DNA of 64,000 nucleotides from Escherichia coli (GTDB lineage Bacteria; Pseudomonadota; Gammaproteobacteria; Enterobacterales; Enterobacteriaceae): NCBI RefSeq assembly GCF_030013595.1, contig NZ_CP122768.1; one strand, 5' to 3'. Shown piece by piece: positions 63,897 to 64,000 of this stretch (position 1 is its first letter; each line of letters starts with the position of its first letter). The notes under the pieces were generated by a model. It saw only the letters and a program-made list of their open reading frames with translations, ran no database searches and was not told where the DNA came from. The position numbers and the translations under genes were made by a program.

Positions 63897-64000
63897 AGCC
63901 TGCTTCTCCTTGCCTTTCGGCACGTAAGAGGCTAACATCCATGTGTCTAGCATGAAATTGGCCTAAGTTTAATATTAAACGTCTTGCGGGACGCGTAATG

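Larger units (their letters stand above)
30494..64000. mobile_element. prophage integrated in ttcA (Rac site): lambdoid regulation and lysis with a contractile-tail-like morphogenesis module; extends past the window end
   Basis: Continuous minus-strand block of phage genes: Q antiterminator, holin/endolysin/Rz/Rz1, terminase, portal, capsid, sheath/tube-like, tape measure, baseplate, tail fibres; bordered by the truncated ttcA. Confidence 0.85.

Overview
Enterobacterial (Escherichia coli-type) chromosome, reverse-complemented relative to the K-12 map. Positions 1-30,493 are core genome in K-12 order (hokB, cybB, gapC, aldA, ydcF, hrpA, azoR, ynbDCBA, ydbD, paaY, ydbL, ynbE, ydbH, ldhA, hslJ, ydbJ, pfo/ydbK, micC, ompN, uspF). 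Two local differences from K-12 stand out: an IS200 copy sits between ydbD and paaY, and only paaY plus a 3' remnant of feaR are present where K-12 carries ydbA/ydbC and the paa-tynA-feaB cluster. At about 30,493 the ttcA reading frame is cut after 17 codons, and from there to the window end lies a prophage inserted at the Rac site (ttcA) but with different content. It has lambdoid late regulation and lysis (Q, holin, endolysin, Rz/Rz1) joined to a contractile-tail-like morphogenesis module with two tail fibre/assembly pairs. The main finding is a two-gene pertussis-toxin-like AB5 toxin operon (ArtAB/PltAB family) in the Q-to-lysis slot that Shiga-toxin phages use for stx. Other items worth follow-up are an AT-rich pair of secreted proteins of unknown function next to an antirepressor inside the tail module, a hok-family toxin in the prophage, and a likely -1 frameshift chaperone pair upstream of the tape-measure gene. 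No CRISPR array, rRNA or tRNA was seen. All identifications rest on reading the translations and on recalled family signatures; no database search was run.
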